Assembly (NCBI GenBank): GCA_963744145.1
Contig: CAVUSO010000001.1
Coordinates: forward strand, 1,806,831-1,870,830
Direction of reading: 5' to 3'
Length of the DNA stretch: 64,000 bases
From: an uncultured cyanobacterium
GTDB lineage: Bacteria; Cyanobacteriota; Cyanobacteriia; Cyanobacteriales; CAWUOF01
Part shown: one piece after another, positions 20,351 to 30,789 of the stretch
How positions within the stretch are numbered: position 1 is the first letter of the stretch
Layout: each line of letters starts with the position of its first letter
Notes under the pieces: generated by a model
Databases searched by the model: none
Seen by the model: only the letters and a program-made list of their open reading frames with translations
Told to the model about the DNA's origin: nothing
Made by a program: the position numbers and the translations under genes

Positions 20351-23300
20351 TTACCAATTTTGTCTAATGGGGAGTTCAATCCAAAATTCGGCACCTTCTC
20401 CGGGAGAAGAAAAACATTGCAGAGTCCCACCATGTTGGTCTACCACGATTTTATAACTAATTGATAGACCGAGACCTGTCCCCTTCCCAACTGGTTTAGT
20501 GGTAAAAAACGGGTCAAATAAACGACTTTTAACTGCTGCGGTCATTCCTGGGCCATTATCACGGATTTTAATTAATACAGAACCAGAAGTGAGTGGAGCA
20601 GTTACTGTCTGGACAGATGTACTTGGCTGAGTACCTCCATTCATTTGATCATGTCTAAAATTTTCTTCCATTGGTTTGGGAGCAATTACCTGGGTGGTAA
20701 TGGTAATCACTCTTGGGTCTGGATGATTTTCGAGAGCATCGATCGCATTACTGAGAATGTGCATAAATACCTGATTTAACTGACCAGGATAGCAAGCAAG
20801 TGGGGATAAATTCCCATATTCCTTAATTATTTCAATCTCAGCACCGTCTTCCATCGGGTTAAGTCGATGTTGCAGAATCAATAGAGTATTATCAATTCCT
20901 TCATGAACATCAACTGGTTTCATGTCTGCTTCATCAAGACGGGAAAAATTGCGTAAACTTAGGACAATTTGTCTGATCCGTTCAGCCCCCATCTGCATTG
21001 ATTCCAATACTTTTGGGATATCTTCGGTCAAAAATTCTAAGTCGATCGCTTCTGCTTCTGCTTGGAGTTCAGCCACTGGGACGGGATAATAGGTCTGATA
21101 TAAGCGTAATAAATTTAACAAATCTTCAAAATAAGTAGTCGCATGGGCCAGATTTCCCGTAATAAAAGTCACTGGATTATTAATTTCATGAGCAACACCA
21201 GCGACCATCTGACCCAAGCTGGACATTTTTTCACTTTGCACTAATTGGGCTTGAGTTTGTTGTAACTCATATAAAGCTGAACTCAATTGTTGAGCTTGGG
21301 CCTGGGCTGCGGCAGCGGTGGCCCGAGTTTGGGCATAAAGTTCTGCTTGGTCAATCGCGATCGCTAATTGATCGACGACTCCGGCTAATAATTCTACTTC
21401 CCGATCGCTCCAAGGACGAATTTCCCGACTATGACTACAAAACACTGCACCCAAGTGACCCGAATGAGTGATTAAGGGTAGTAGTAAACCTGCTCTTACC
21501 CCAAAATTACTTAACAATTCTTGAATGTGACGATCTACGGGTGCTGCTGTTTGAATATCATCAATCCGAATCAGCTCTAAATGTTGGATTTTGGCGATTA
21601 AAGCCGAAATTTGTGCTGGTTGAGGGGACAAAAATTCAGAAGTAGCCTCAGAGCGGGGCCAATCTCCTAATAAACTCGAGCGATCGCTATGTTGAGATTC
21701 GTGACTAACGGTAATTTTCGATTCAGTTAATGATGCACGACACCATAAAAAATGACAACGGTCAATCTGTAATAAACTCCGAATTTTCTGAACCGCAGTT
21801 TCCAGGATTGTATCTACATCTAGGGAGTTACGAATTTGACTGGCTAAACGATTGAGTAATTCCTTTTGTTGGGCGAGATTTTGATAGCGAAATTGAGACT
21901 GTCTTAATTCTTCTTCAGTCTGCTTACGCACGGCAATTTCTCCTTGTAATTGCCCAATTGCTGCTTTTAATTCCGTTGTGCGTTCTTCCACCCGAATCTC
22001 TAACTCTTCATTAGCTTTTTGGAGTGCTTCTGCGGCTTTTTTCCGTTGGGTAATATCGAGAATTGTCCCAAATATTTTAATAATTTGATCATGTTCATTA
22101 AAAATTGGTTGTCCTTTAATTGAAGCATAGCCAATGGCACCATCTTGACGGAGAATGCGATAGTCAAATTCGCAAAAATTTCCCTGAAGTGCTTGTTCAG
22201 TAAAAGTAAACCAAAGTGCTTGATCGTCGGGATGAATTAATTGTGAAATATCATGAGCGTGAGGTAGAGGATAACTAGGATTAAGACCAAAAATCCGAAA
22301 AGCTTCATCAGACCAAGTGATGGTATTAGCAATTACATCAAATTCCCAACTACCGACATGGGCAACTTTTTGCGCTTCTGCTAGTCTCGCTTCACTTTTC
22401 CGTAATGCTTCTTCAGCTAATTTACGTTCGGTAATATCCATCACCAAACCATCCCACAGAATATCACCATTCGCCAGCTTTTCTGGTCGGGATGCAGCTT
22501 GAATCCATTTCATTTTTCCTGAAGGTACAATAATACGTCCTTCCCATTTACAGGGTTGTAAAGTTTCGGCTGAAATAGCAATACTTGTTTGAAAGCTTTC
22601 TCGATCTTCAGGATGGGGCATTTCTAGCACTTGGGCAGGATTTTGCTGGATTTCTTCCGGTTCTAATTCGTACAGTTGACGACAACTAGAACTGACAAAG
22701 GGAAAAGATTCTACCCCATCCTTGGATAAGCAAAATTGATAAATTATTCCCGGTACATTGGTAGCAAGTTTTTGAAATTTACTTTCAGATTTTCGCAGGG
22801 ATTCTAATGCTTGTTTAGTGGGAGTAACATCGTAAAAAACGATCAAAATTGCTGGTTGACTATTAAAGGTTAGCGATCGCATGGATACTTGTACCCATCG
22901 AATTTCTCCTGCGGGTTGTTTAATTTTTACCTCATAATTGCTGAGAAATCCTTCTTTTAAAAAGATTTCTAGCATCGCCGCTTGATCGTCGGGATTATCA
23001 TAAAATTCTAAGGTTTTTCGTTTGAGAATTTCTGCTGCTGATATCCCCAATGTTGCTCCGGCTTGCAAGTTAGCATATAAAATGGCATTATCAGCTATTC
23101 TAGTAATAATAACTGGCATCGGTGTCGCTTCAACAATGGCACGAAACCGTTCCTCACTTTCCCGCATCGCTGCTTCCATTTGCACCCTTTGGGAAATATC
23201 TAAACCAATAAAAACCGCAGCTTGTCTTTGTAAATATTTTTGAGCGACAATTAAACAGCGACGACGATTTAGTAAAGGTGAAGAGGTTCCTGGTTTGGTT

Positions 23301-24187
23301 TCTATATCAACTTCCTGAGATGCAGAGATTGCAGGACTCGCAAAAAATTGTTGCACTAAATTAACAAAATTGGTATTAACTTGACTTAGAAAACCAATTT
23401 CTTTACCATAAAAATCTTCTGGAGATAACCCAAAACTAGCTGCTAAGTTGTGATTTACTCCCATATATCGTAGGTCAGAACTCATCCAAGAAACATATCC
23501 TGGTACTGCTTCTAAAACTGCTTGGAGTTGTTCATTAGCTGCTTTGATCGCTGCTTCTGCGTGTTTGGTTTCGGTAATATCATTTAAGGTGCAAACTAAT
23601 TGTTCTACTTTACCCGTGGCTGAATTTTGGGGATAAACGTTGACCATCAGCCATTTATCAGCATTTTGGCGATTGTTATGATAGGCTGGAGGAAAGTAGA
23701 AATTGTGCATTCTTTGGGGTGTTCGGTTAGTCTGGGTTGTTTGGGTTTGGCTAAATTTAATCCCAATAATTGCATTTCGGACTGGTTCTCCACTCGCGAT
23801 CGCTTGCTCTATGGGTCTAAACTCCTGGGCTAAAAATTTTCCCTCTTCGTCTATGATTTCCCATTCTGATGGAAAGGCAATTTGACCCACTACTGATTCG
23901 ATATCTAGAAGTTGATTATTTTTCTCTAAGGCGGTAAAATTTAAACTTCCCTTAATTATTTCTAAAGCAGCTTGGTTAGTAAATAAAATTTCTCCCCTTT
24001 GTCCCAATAATAATACCCCTATTTCCATCTGTAGGATCAGATTTTGGAAAATATTTGACCTGGGTAAATTTGCTGTGGGGATCTGGGACGGTAAGGTTGA
24101 TTTTAGCTGTTGAATGAACAAAAGCAGAAAAATAGCCATTCCGATCGCAATAACGATTTCGTAGATGTCTAATGTGTTGATGACCAT
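20351..24187 (-). CDS. Multi-sensor histidine kinase paralogous to the downstream one (TM, >=4 PAS, GAF, HisKA, HATPase_c), 1278 aa
   Basis: Same H-box SEKMSSLGQMVAGVAHEINNPVTFITGN and C-terminal catalytic core as the neighbour. PAS/PAC repeats and a coiled-coil linker. Confidence 0.85.
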   Translation of the reverse strand: MVINTLDIYEIVIAIGMAIFLLLFIQQLKSTLPSQIPTANLPRSNIFQNLILQMEIGVLLLGQRGEILFTNQAALEIIKGSLNFTALEKNNQLLDIESVVGQIAFPSEWEIIDEEGKFLAQEFRPIEQAIASGEPVRNAIIGIKFSQTQTTQTNRTPQRMHNFYFPPAYHNNRQNADKWLMVNVYPQNSATGKVEQLVCTLNDITETKHAEAAIKAANEQLQAVLEAVPGYVSWMSSDLRYMGVNHNLAASFGLSPEDFYGKEIGFLSQVNTNFVNLVQQFFASPAISASQEVDIETKPGTSSPLLNRRRCLIVAQKYLQRQAAVFIGLDISQRVQMEAAMRESEERFRAIVEATPMPVIITRIADNAILYANLQAGATLGISAAEILKRKTLEFYDNPDDQAAMLEIFLKEGFLSNYEVKIKQPAGEIRWVQVSMRSLTFNSQPAILIVFYDVTPTKQALESLRKSESKFQKLATNVPGIIYQFCLSKDGVESFPFVSSSCRQLYELEPEEIQQNPAQVLEMPHPEDRESFQTSIAISAETLQPCKWEGRIIVPSGKMKWIQAASRPEKLANGDILWDGLVMDITERKLAEEALRKSEARLAEAQKVAHVGSWEFDVIANTITWSDEAFRIFGLNPSYPLPHAHDISQLIHPDDQALWFTFTEQALQGNFCEFDYRILRQDGAIGYASIKGQPIFNEHDQIIKIFGTILDITQRKKAAEALQKANEELEIRVEERTTELKAAIGQLQGEIAVRKQTEEELRQSQFRYQNLAQQKELLNRLASQIRNSLDVDTILETAVQKIRSLLQIDRCHFLWCRASLTESKITVSHESQHSDRSSLLGDWPRSEATSEFLSPQPAQISALIAKIQHLELIRIDDIQTAAPVDRHIQELLSNFGVRAGLLLPLITHSGHLGAVFCSHSREIRPWSDREVELLAGVVDQLAIAIDQAELYAQTRATAAAAQAQAQQLSSALYELQQTQAQLVQSEKMSSLGQMVAGVAHEINNPVTFITGNLAHATTYFEDLLNLLRLYQTYYPVPVAELQAEAEAIDLEFLTEDIPKVLESMQMGAERIRQIVLSLRNFSRLDEADMKPVDVHEGIDNTLLILQHRLNPMEDGAEIEIIKEYGNLSPLACYPGQLNQVFMHILSNAIDALENHPDPRVITITTQVIAPKPMEENFRHDQMNGGTQPSTSVQTVTAPLTSGSVLIKIRDNGPGMTAAVKSRLFDPFFTTKPVGKGTGLGLSISYKIVVDQHGGTLQCFSSPGEGAEFWIELPIRQNW

Positions 24188-24595
24188 AGCACCGTTTTCC
24201 CTGTAGGAGATGAAGACTAAAAAAAATTAGCCCATTTTTCTTGAACAAGTAATTTCATCTTAGTAAAAATCCATTCCGTTCCCTTGTCAGAAGCTTAATC
24301 TATTTTATTGTGATGATCAGACAAAAGAAGCGAGGAGCTAACCGACGACCATAGTTCAACGGTTTTAGGATACTGGTCAAAATAATCTGTTCTAGTCCTG
24401 ATGGGAATAGTTTTGCTCGTTCCTGGGATAGAGAACTTATATGTATCTGGTTATCTTGGGTCAGAGAAAGCTTCTGTTCGAGCTGGTCTTTCGCGATCGT
24501 CTGCGGTAATAGCATCAAGATTGAAGCGATCGGGTTTAGCTTGACATCAATATTACTCAATAATTAATCTAGTAAAGACTAAAACCCAAAACTTA

Positions 24596-25156
24596 TTAAT
24601 ATTCACCGACAAATTGAGGATGTACCCACAAAAATTCCCGTCGTTTGTTTTGGACTCGGATCAGTCCCCCAAAATCAGGATCTTTTTCTTTAAGTAAAAC
24701 ATGAATTTTTCTGAGGGTGGAACCTTCAGCACGAATCAGTTTACCTTGTGCTAATTCAGGAGGATCTGGTTTGGGTTGGGAATCTAGAGCCATATCGCTA
24801 CTTTTTAAAGCAAAGTCAAGACTCTTTTCACCTAAATCTAGTTCTTTTTCAAAGCTTTTGTAAGTTGCATCATCTAGTGCTAATTGGGTAACTGATGTTG
24901 CTAGGGGTAAAACCAAAGTTAGTGTTTTAGTCAAAGCTTTTAAGTAGGGAATTGCTCCCGTCACCCATTCACGATTTATTTCAAATTCATAAACACCCGT
25001 TTTAGTGTCTGGGTAATTTAGAAAAGGAAGTGGTTGACGAGAGTGTTCACACCAGAGGGTAAGTTTACACTTGATACTCATCCATTTGGGGCGATCGAAA
25101 AACCCTGGATCAATTAGTTTAATACTAAATAATCTTGGTCCAATCTTTAGCTTCAT
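24596..25156 (-). CDS. Hypothetical protein (186 aa), overlaps the ROCO gene stop by 32 bp (possible translational coupling)
   Basis: ORF only; no recognised motifs. Confidence 0.35.
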   Translation of the reverse strand: MKLKIGPRLFSIKLIDPGFFDRPKWMSIKCKLTLWCEHSRQPLPFLNYPDTKTGVYEFEINREWVTGAIPYLKALTKTLTLVLPLATSVTQLALDDATYKSFEKELDLGEKSLDFALKSSDMALDSQPKPDPPELAQGKLIRAEGSTLRKIHVLLKEKDPDFGGLIRVQNKRREFLWVHPQFVGEY

Positions 25157-28100
25157 CGATAAATGTTTGGATTACACCTTCATAATGTGCGTCGATCTGG
25201 CTTAGAATAGCACTACTCTCTTTAGATAACGTTGTTTTAATTTCATCAACAATATTTCGGACTTTTTCAGCATTAATATCTGGAGATAGTGGTTTAGATG
25301 TTGATGCGTTAGAAAGCATTTTATCAATGTCTTGCCATTCATCACAGCCTGTAATTGGACAGGGATAATCATGACGATTTTTCTTTTTACTTTCAATCAG
25401 CTTTTCTACTTCAAATAATCCTTGTCCTGGTGCTTTTCTTCCGCAAGGTTCAACGCAAGACACCATCACATTACACCGTAATCCTTCCCAGAAATGTTCG
25501 ATTAACCATTTCACCTCTTCTGTTAAATAGGAGAGAAATCTCTCTGGATAAGCAGCCCGTACTGTAATTTTGATATCTGTACCAATATATTCTAACAAAG
25601 CACGACCATTGTAATCATTATCAAGCATTAAGCCTCGTTGCCAGTGAATGCTGTCTTGGTATTTCTCACGTCCCAGAGAATATTTGTGCAAGCGAACAAT
25701 AAGTTGATAAAACAATCCTTCTGCATTAGCAAATTGTCCGCGATCGTCCACAATGCGGCAAATTTGTACTTGTTGTCTATCTCCTGGTGCTGGTAGTTCA
25801 CCCCAATCAGGAAATAGCTCTGGACGTTGGTCTGGTACTAATTGAGCAATCAAACTGGTGTTACTGGGTTCATTTGGGTCAAATACAACTTTGTAGGATA
25901 AATCGAAGCGTTCCATTAGTCGTAAAAACACTGGATGGAGTTCTTTTGGATAGCCCTTCTCATTTGCAAAGGGAGGATAGCTCCATAAATTGCTGAGGTG
26001 ATCAAAGTTCACCAATCCGTTCTGTTCGCGGGTGGTTTTATCATCTAAAACAAAACTGATTGCTTTGGCTAACCAGTCAGGTTTGAGAATCACAATATCC
26101 TGCAAAATGGGATCATAATGATAATGGATTAAATACCCTAGCGTGTGAGAAACCCGCACAAATAGTTCAGCAGCAAATCCCTTTAGACCTTGTTCCTCAC
26201 AAATTGCAATTACATCTTTGTATGGTAAATGGGTTTTGTTCGATTGTTCCAAAAGTTTCTGAATTTGTTGCCATTTCTGGGGAACTGTTCGACCTACACC
26301 AGGTAAGGTAATAGCTATTTTAGCAATTGTCTCTTTCAATTCTGCAATTCCAGAGCAAGACTGGTTTTCTAGATGAGGTTTGCTATCAATATGGAAGAAA
26401 TCAATAATAGTTTCACGACCAAATAGGTCAAATAATTCTTGGCGATCGATATCGGGCTGGCGCTGTCCAGGTCCACCGTGGGTTGCTACTACTAGAATCT
26501 TCGCATCTGGTTCTCGGTGTTTAATCAGAGTAATCCACTCTTTGACAAAGCCCTGTTGTGGTCCTTCCCGTGGTTTCCAGACTACTAAATATACCGCAGG
26601 GGCACTAAAAAACAACTGATGAGTAGGACGATAAACTCTTTGTCCGCCAAAATCCCAACCATTTAGGGTGATTTCTGTGTTGCAATCAGGAGTTTTAACA
26701 ATGACAGGTTTAATTTCAATTCCATGAGTTGTCGGACGACCATCTATCCATTGATCGCCGCGTAATGCTCCCAATAAACAACTTTTACCTACCTCTCCCT
26801 CTCCTACCAAAATTAACTTGGCTTCATTTAAAGTTACTTCTCCCTCTGCTTTTGCCCGTAGGTATTGCATGACTGCTTCTATACCTTGTTCATTAGCAGC
26901 AGCAAAATCAGGATTAAGCGGATTCTTGTCAAGCTTAAGTTCAGTTAGCTTAATAAGCTTTATTAAACTATGGGGCACTTCCGTCAATTGGTTATTGGAG
27001 AGGTAAAGCCTTTGCAACTGTGTGAGGGCTGCGAGCGCCGCTGGCACTTCCGTCAATTGGTTATTGGAGAGGTCAAGCCATTGCAACTGTGTGAGAGCTG
27101 CGAGCGCCGCTGGCACTTCCGTCAATTGGTTTTTGGAGAGGTCAAGCGCTCGCAACTGTGTGAGAGCTGCGAGCGCCGCTGGCACTTCCGTCAATTGGTT
27201 TTTGGAGAGGTCAAGCCATTGCAACTGTGTGAGAGCTGCGAGCGCCGCTGGCACTTCCGTCAATTGGTTTTTGGAGAGGTCAAGCCATTGCAACTGTGTG
27301 AGAGCTGCGAGCGCCGCTGGCACTTCCGTCAATTGGTTTTTGGAGAGGTCAAGCCATTGCAACTGTGTGAGAGCTGCGAGCGCCGCTGGCACTTCCGTCA
27401 ATTGGTTTTTGTTGAGGGAAAGCAATTGCAACTGTGTGAGGGAAAATATTACCTCTGGCACTTTTGTCAATTGGTTTTTGTCGAGGTAAAGCGCTCGCAA
27501 CTGTGTGAGAGCTGCGAGCGCCGCTGGCACTTCCGTCAATTGGTTATTGTCGAGGTAAAGCGCTCGCAACTGTGTGAGGGAAAATATTACCTCTGGCACT
27601 TCCGTCAATTGGTTATTGTCGAGGGAAAGCGATTGCAACTGTGTGAGGGCTGCGAGCGCCGCTGGCACTTCCGTCAATTGGTTTTTGTTGAGGGAAAGCG
27701 ATTGCAACTGTGTGAGGGAAAATATTACCTCTGGCACTTCCGTCAATTGGTTATTGTCGAGGGAAAGCGATTGCAACTGTGTGAGGGCTGCGAGCGCCGC
27801 TGGCACTTCCGTCAATTGGTTATTGTTGAGGGAAAGCGATTGCAACTGTGTGAGGGCTGCGAGCGCCGCTGGCACTTCCGTCAATTGGTTATTGTCGAGG
27901 TCAAGCCATTGCAACTGTGTGAGGGAAAATATTACCTCTGGCACTTTTGTCAATTGGTTTTTTGAATCTTTCCAAAATTTTCCACCAAGATTAAGTTTTT
28001 GCAAATTGGTAAGTTGACCGATCGCCTCTGGCACTTCCGTCAATCCCATATCGCTAAGATCAAGTTCTGTAGCTCCATTTTCCAGTGCTGCTTCAATGCG

Positions 28101-28157
28101 CCGTTCAGCTTCCCGATATGCTTCATCCCGTGCCATCGTCAACCTCTGCTTGCTCAC
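25125..28157 (-). CDS. ROCO-family protein: about 15 leucine-rich repeats + Roc (Ras-of-complex GTPase) + COR domain
   Basis: 23-aa LRR units NNQLTEVPAALAALTQLQSLSLD repeated. Roc P-loop LILVGEGEVGKSCLLGAL, DFGGQ switch II, followed by a COR-like region. Confidence 0.85.
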   Translation of the reverse strand: MSKQRLTMARDEAYREAERRIEAALENGATELDLSDMGLTEVPEAIGQLTNLQKLNLGGKFWKDSKNQLTKVPEVIFSLTQLQWLDLDNNQLTEVPAALAALTQLQSLSLNNNQLTEVPAALAALTQLQSLSLDNNQLTEVPEVIFSLTQLQSLSLNKNQLTEVPAALAALTQLQSLSLDNNQLTEVPEVIFSLTQLRALYLDNNQLTEVPAALAALTQLRALYLDKNQLTKVPEVIFSLTQLQLLSLNKNQLTEVPAALAALTQLQWLDLSKNQLTEVPAALAALTQLQWLDLSKNQLTEVPAALAALTQLQWLDLSKNQLTEVPAALAALTQLRALDLSKNQLTEVPAALAALTQLQWLDLSNNQLTEVPAALAALTQLQRLYLSNNQLTEVPHSLIKLIKLTELKLDKNPLNPDFAAANEQGIEAVMQYLRAKAEGEVTLNEAKLILVGEGEVGKSCLLGALRGDQWIDGRPTTHGIEIKPVIVKTPDCNTEITLNGWDFGGQRVYRPTHQLFFSAPAVYLVVWKPREGPQQGFVKEWITLIKHREPDAKILVVATHGGPGQRQPDIDRQELFDLFGRETIIDFFHIDSKPHLENQSCSGIAELKETIAKIAITLPGVGRTVPQKWQQIQKLLEQSNKTHLPYKDVIAICEEQGLKGFAAELFVRVSHTLGYLIHYHYDPILQDIVILKPDWLAKAISFVLDDKTTREQNGLVNFDHLSNLWSYPPFANEKGYPKELHPVFLRLMERFDLSYKVVFDPNEPSNTSLIAQLVPDQRPELFPDWGELPAPGDRQQVQICRIVDDRGQFANAEGLFYQLIVRLHKYSLGREKYQDSIHWQRGLMLDNDYNGRALLEYIGTDIKITVRAAYPERFLSYLTEEVKWLIEHFWEGLRCNVMVSCVEPCGRKAPGQGLFEVEKLIESKKKNRHDYPCPITGCDEWQDIDKMLSNASTSKPLSPDINAEKVRNIVDEIKTTLSKESSAILSQIDAHYEGVIQTFIDEAKDWTKII
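26940..27965. repeat. Near-perfect tandem 69-bp repeats (about 15 units) encoding the LRR solenoid of the ROCO protein
   Basis: Direct reading: ggcacttccgtcaattggtt(a/t)ttg(g/t)(a/c)gaggt(c/a)aagcc(a/t)ttgcaactgtgtgag(a/g)gctgcgagcgccgct reiterated. The long + strand ORFs here are shadow frames. Confidence 0.9.
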
Positions 28158-28487
28158 TCAATCCTCTACAAACTCAGTTATACTTTAATTTTGGCAAAAA
28201 ATTATAACCACAAATAGGATAATATTGATAAATATTCTCAAAAGATGGTGGTGCAGAAATTTCTACTTTAGTAGAATTATTAGATACAAGCTTGTTTTCC
28301 GATCGCGATCGCACCTCCCCCCTGAAACCTTAACATGATCTAATCAAATAGACGCAAAAATACTAATATATGAATTGTTAAATGCGCTGGTTTTTAGAAG
28401 AGCGATCGCACCTAAAAATTTAGACAAGCGATCGCACCTAAAAATTTAGACAAGCGATCGCCAACAATCTAGTTCTGATCTATGAAA

Positions 28488-29351
28488 TTAGGCATCTGCA
28501 TCAGGATCAATCCCCATTGCCCGTAGGCGTTCTGCAAGTCTTGCTGCTTTAATTTCAGCTTGTTCTGCCCGTTGATCCGCCTGGATAGCCCGTTGATCCG
28601 CTTGGATGGCCCGTTGATCCGCTTGGATGGCTCGCTGACGTTCCTGTTCAGCTTGCAGTTTTTCTAGCTCGGCTTTTTCATTGCCAATCAGTAATAGATT
28701 ACCTTCATGATCCCACCATCGCAACCAGATTTGCGTTTGGTTTTGATAAGTTCCTTGCCATAGCCCTAGTTCTACTCCTAATGGCTCAATCAAATAATGG
28801 TTACGTTCATTCGGCTCTAATTTTCGATAGGAAAAATCTACTAAGTGATACACTTCTAACTTGGCAGTTTTGATTTCATAGATGCCATAATAGGGAATCC
28901 GAATGATTTGTTCATACACCCAAAATTTCCCTGGTTTAATTTTCTTACCGTCGGGAGAAATGGCAAGTGGAGTTCGATCTCGTTCTTCTTCACCATTACC
29001 ACTAGCAAACTCTAAGGCAATCAATGGGGCTCTTAATTCCCGCCAAAACACATAGGAACGGCGGATCTCTCCATCAAGATTAGGTGGGACATTTGGCACA
29101 TAGAACCAATCGGGAGCTTCAGCACCTTTTTCGGGAGGATCAGTTTCCAGCCAGTAGATGCCACTATCTTGTCCAATACAATAATATCCATCTGGATGCA
29201 ATTGTTGTAAAATTTGCCCAATCGAGTCCGTCAGGATCAGACTCTGGGGATGTTCCTGAAAATTTTTCACAAATGTACCGTCTTCGTCTGGCAGTTGGGT
29301 ATGATCTGGGAAGGAGGAATGGCGATTTACTTGGGTTAATGTTTCTGTCAT
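28488..29351 (-). CDS. Uma2-family (DUF820) putative endonuclease with C-terminal coiled coil and AIQADQR x3 repeat; copy 1
   Basis: Uma2 signature blocks APDWFYVPNVPP..., PLIALEFASGNGEEERD..., GKFWVYEQIIRIPYYGIYEI... (PD-(D/E)xK-like), C-terminal ...LRAMGIDPD. Confidence 0.7.
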   Translation of the reverse strand: MTETLTQVNRHSSFPDHTQLPDEDGTFVKNFQEHPQSLILTDSIGQILQQLHPDGYYCIGQDSGIYWLETDPPEKGAEAPDWFYVPNVPPNLDGEIRRSYVFWRELRAPLIALEFASGNGEEERDRTPLAISPDGKKIKPGKFWVYEQIIRIPYYGIYEIKTAKLEVYHLVDFSYRKLEPNERNHYLIEPLGVELGLWQGTYQNQTQIWLRWWDHEGNLLLIGNEKAELEKLQAEQERQRAIQADQRAIQADQRAIQADQRAEQAEIKAARLAERLRAMGIDPDADA

Positions 29352-29510
29352 AATTTTAATCTTATTGCCGCTGATGTTAACTATAGCTTGAATAAATTAT
29401 GAACGATAGTGGTGCAGAAATTTCTAGTTTGGTGGAGTGATTAGATTCATGCTGGTTTTTGGATTGCGATCGCGCCTATTATTAAAATACTAATCTGATC
29501 TAATCAATTC

Positions 29511-29855
29511 ATGGAAGCGAGACCGAGAGAAATTCAAAACTACCTAACGACAGAGGGAAAAAGTCCTTATGAAGAATGGGTCGAATCATTTCGCGATCGC
29601 CAAACTAGATCTCAAATCGATAAGAGACTTAAACGAGTTAAATTAGGTAATCTAGGAGATTATCGATCTGTTGGAAAAGGAGTTTTTGAGCTTAGAATAG
29701 ATCAATGTCCGGGCAATCAGATTTATTTTGGTCAAATTGGATTAACCATAGTGCTGCTACTCTGTGGTGGAGATAAAAGCACCCAAGAACAGGATATTGG
29801 TAAAGCTAAGGAATATTGGAGAGATTATGAAAGACGTAAAAATACCAACCCATAG
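29511..29855 (+). CDS. Addiction-module killer protein (RelE/ParE superfamily, TIGR02683-like toxin); copy 1, intact
   Basis: KRVKLGNLGDYRSVGKGVFELRIDQCPGNQIYF...CGGDKSTQEQDIGKAKEYW matches the conserved block of the killer-protein family. Confidence 0.7.
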   Translation: MEARPREIQNYLTTEGKSPYEEWVESFRDRQTRSQIDKRLKRVKLGNLGDYRSVGKGVFELRIDQCPGNQIYFGQIGLTIVLLLCGGDKSTQEQDIGKAKEYWRDYERRKNTNP

Positions 29856-30150
29856 AAGTTACGACGAATATTTTATTTCTGCTCTGAAAAACTCCGATCG
29901 AGCGGCTGGGTATATCGAAGCTATTTTGGAACCAGAAGAACCTGATTCTGAACTATTGCGATCGGGAATCAAAGATGTAATCGAAGCTCGCGAACAGATG
30001 AATAGTCTCTCGGATGAAGCCAAACAGAAATGGGAGAAATTTGACCAAATGTTATCCAAAGATGGTGGTGCAGAAATTTATAGTCTGGTAGAATTATTAG
30101 ATGCTCTTGGGTTTCGGATCGCGATCGCTCCCAAGGAAACAAATCTGTAA
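29827..30150 (+). CDS. Addiction-module antidote protein (TIGR02684-like, DNA-binding); copy 1; start MKDVKIPTH overlaps the toxin stop
   Basis: Overlapping gene pair with the upstream toxin. Conserved C-terminus SDEAKQKWEKFDQMLSKDGGAEIYSLVELLDALGFRIAIA shared with copy 2. Confidence 0.65.
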   Translation: MKDVKIPTHRSYDEYFISALKNSDRAAGYIEAILEPEEPDSELLRSGIKDVIEAREQMNSLSDEAKQKWEKFDQMLSKDGGAEIYSLVELLDALGFRIAIAPKETNL

Positions 30151-30354
30151 TTGACAGCCTGTAAATTAAGCTGAATCAGCATCACATCAACATTTCTCTC
30201 AATCTACTTTGCGATGATTAACTATGATGCTGCTGCTTGAATTTAAGTCTCATTTTCTAATAATTCTGATAGTTGTTTGTAATTAACTTGAAGCCGAACT
30301 ACCTGAACATTTTTCCATTGTGTTTCGTCACGGATTGGAAGTTGAATTTGGAAT

Positions 30355-30789
30355 TCATAAAACCCTGATTCTAAACTTGTGAAAACTTGCAGCATTAGGT
30401 CGTTTCTCATATTGTAAAAGTAAATTGGCAAATTTTGTAGCCCACCAACCATTTTCTGCTTGAATAACAAATCCAGCAGCCGTTTGAGCTATTTCTAGAT
30501 TTACCATACTAAGCGCCCAGAGGTAAACAGCCAAAGCAGTATCCCAAGGATTCTCATATTCTAAATTAATTTCATTGCGTGAAAGATCAACAGCTCTTTT
30601 AAAAACCAACCAGATATTTTCAGGAGAGTCTTGAAGTTGCTTGACCAATTCTTTTGTCACCAATTCTTTCGATGCAGCACCCAAGAAGACTTTAAAACTG
30701 CTAGCAATATTCAACATAGCAGCAAATTCATGGCTTTCTACTTGAATCATAAGTTTTTTTAACACTAGCTTGTCCTCCTGTCTGTCCAA
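30355..30789 (-). CDS. Hypothetical protein (144 aa, TTG start) between the two Uma2-TA modules
   Basis: ORF only. Confidence 0.3.
   Translation of the reverse strand: MDRQEDKLVLKKLMIQVESHEFAAMLNIASSFKVFLGAASKELVTKELVKQLQDSPENIWLVFKRAVDLSRNEINLEYENPWDTALAVYLWALSMVNLEIAQTAAGFVIQAENGWWATKFANLLLQYEKRPNAASFHKFRIRVL

Noticed and set aside
24300-24560. 86-aa ORF between the kinase start and the 186-aa ORF
   Set aside because: Lies in the probable promoter region of the histidine kinase. No motifs.
26970-28017. Three long + strand ORFs (331, 155, 147 aa) with repetitive Cys/Trp-rich translations
   Set aside because: Antisense shadow ORFs created by the 69-bp LRR tandem repeat of the minus-strand ROCO gene.
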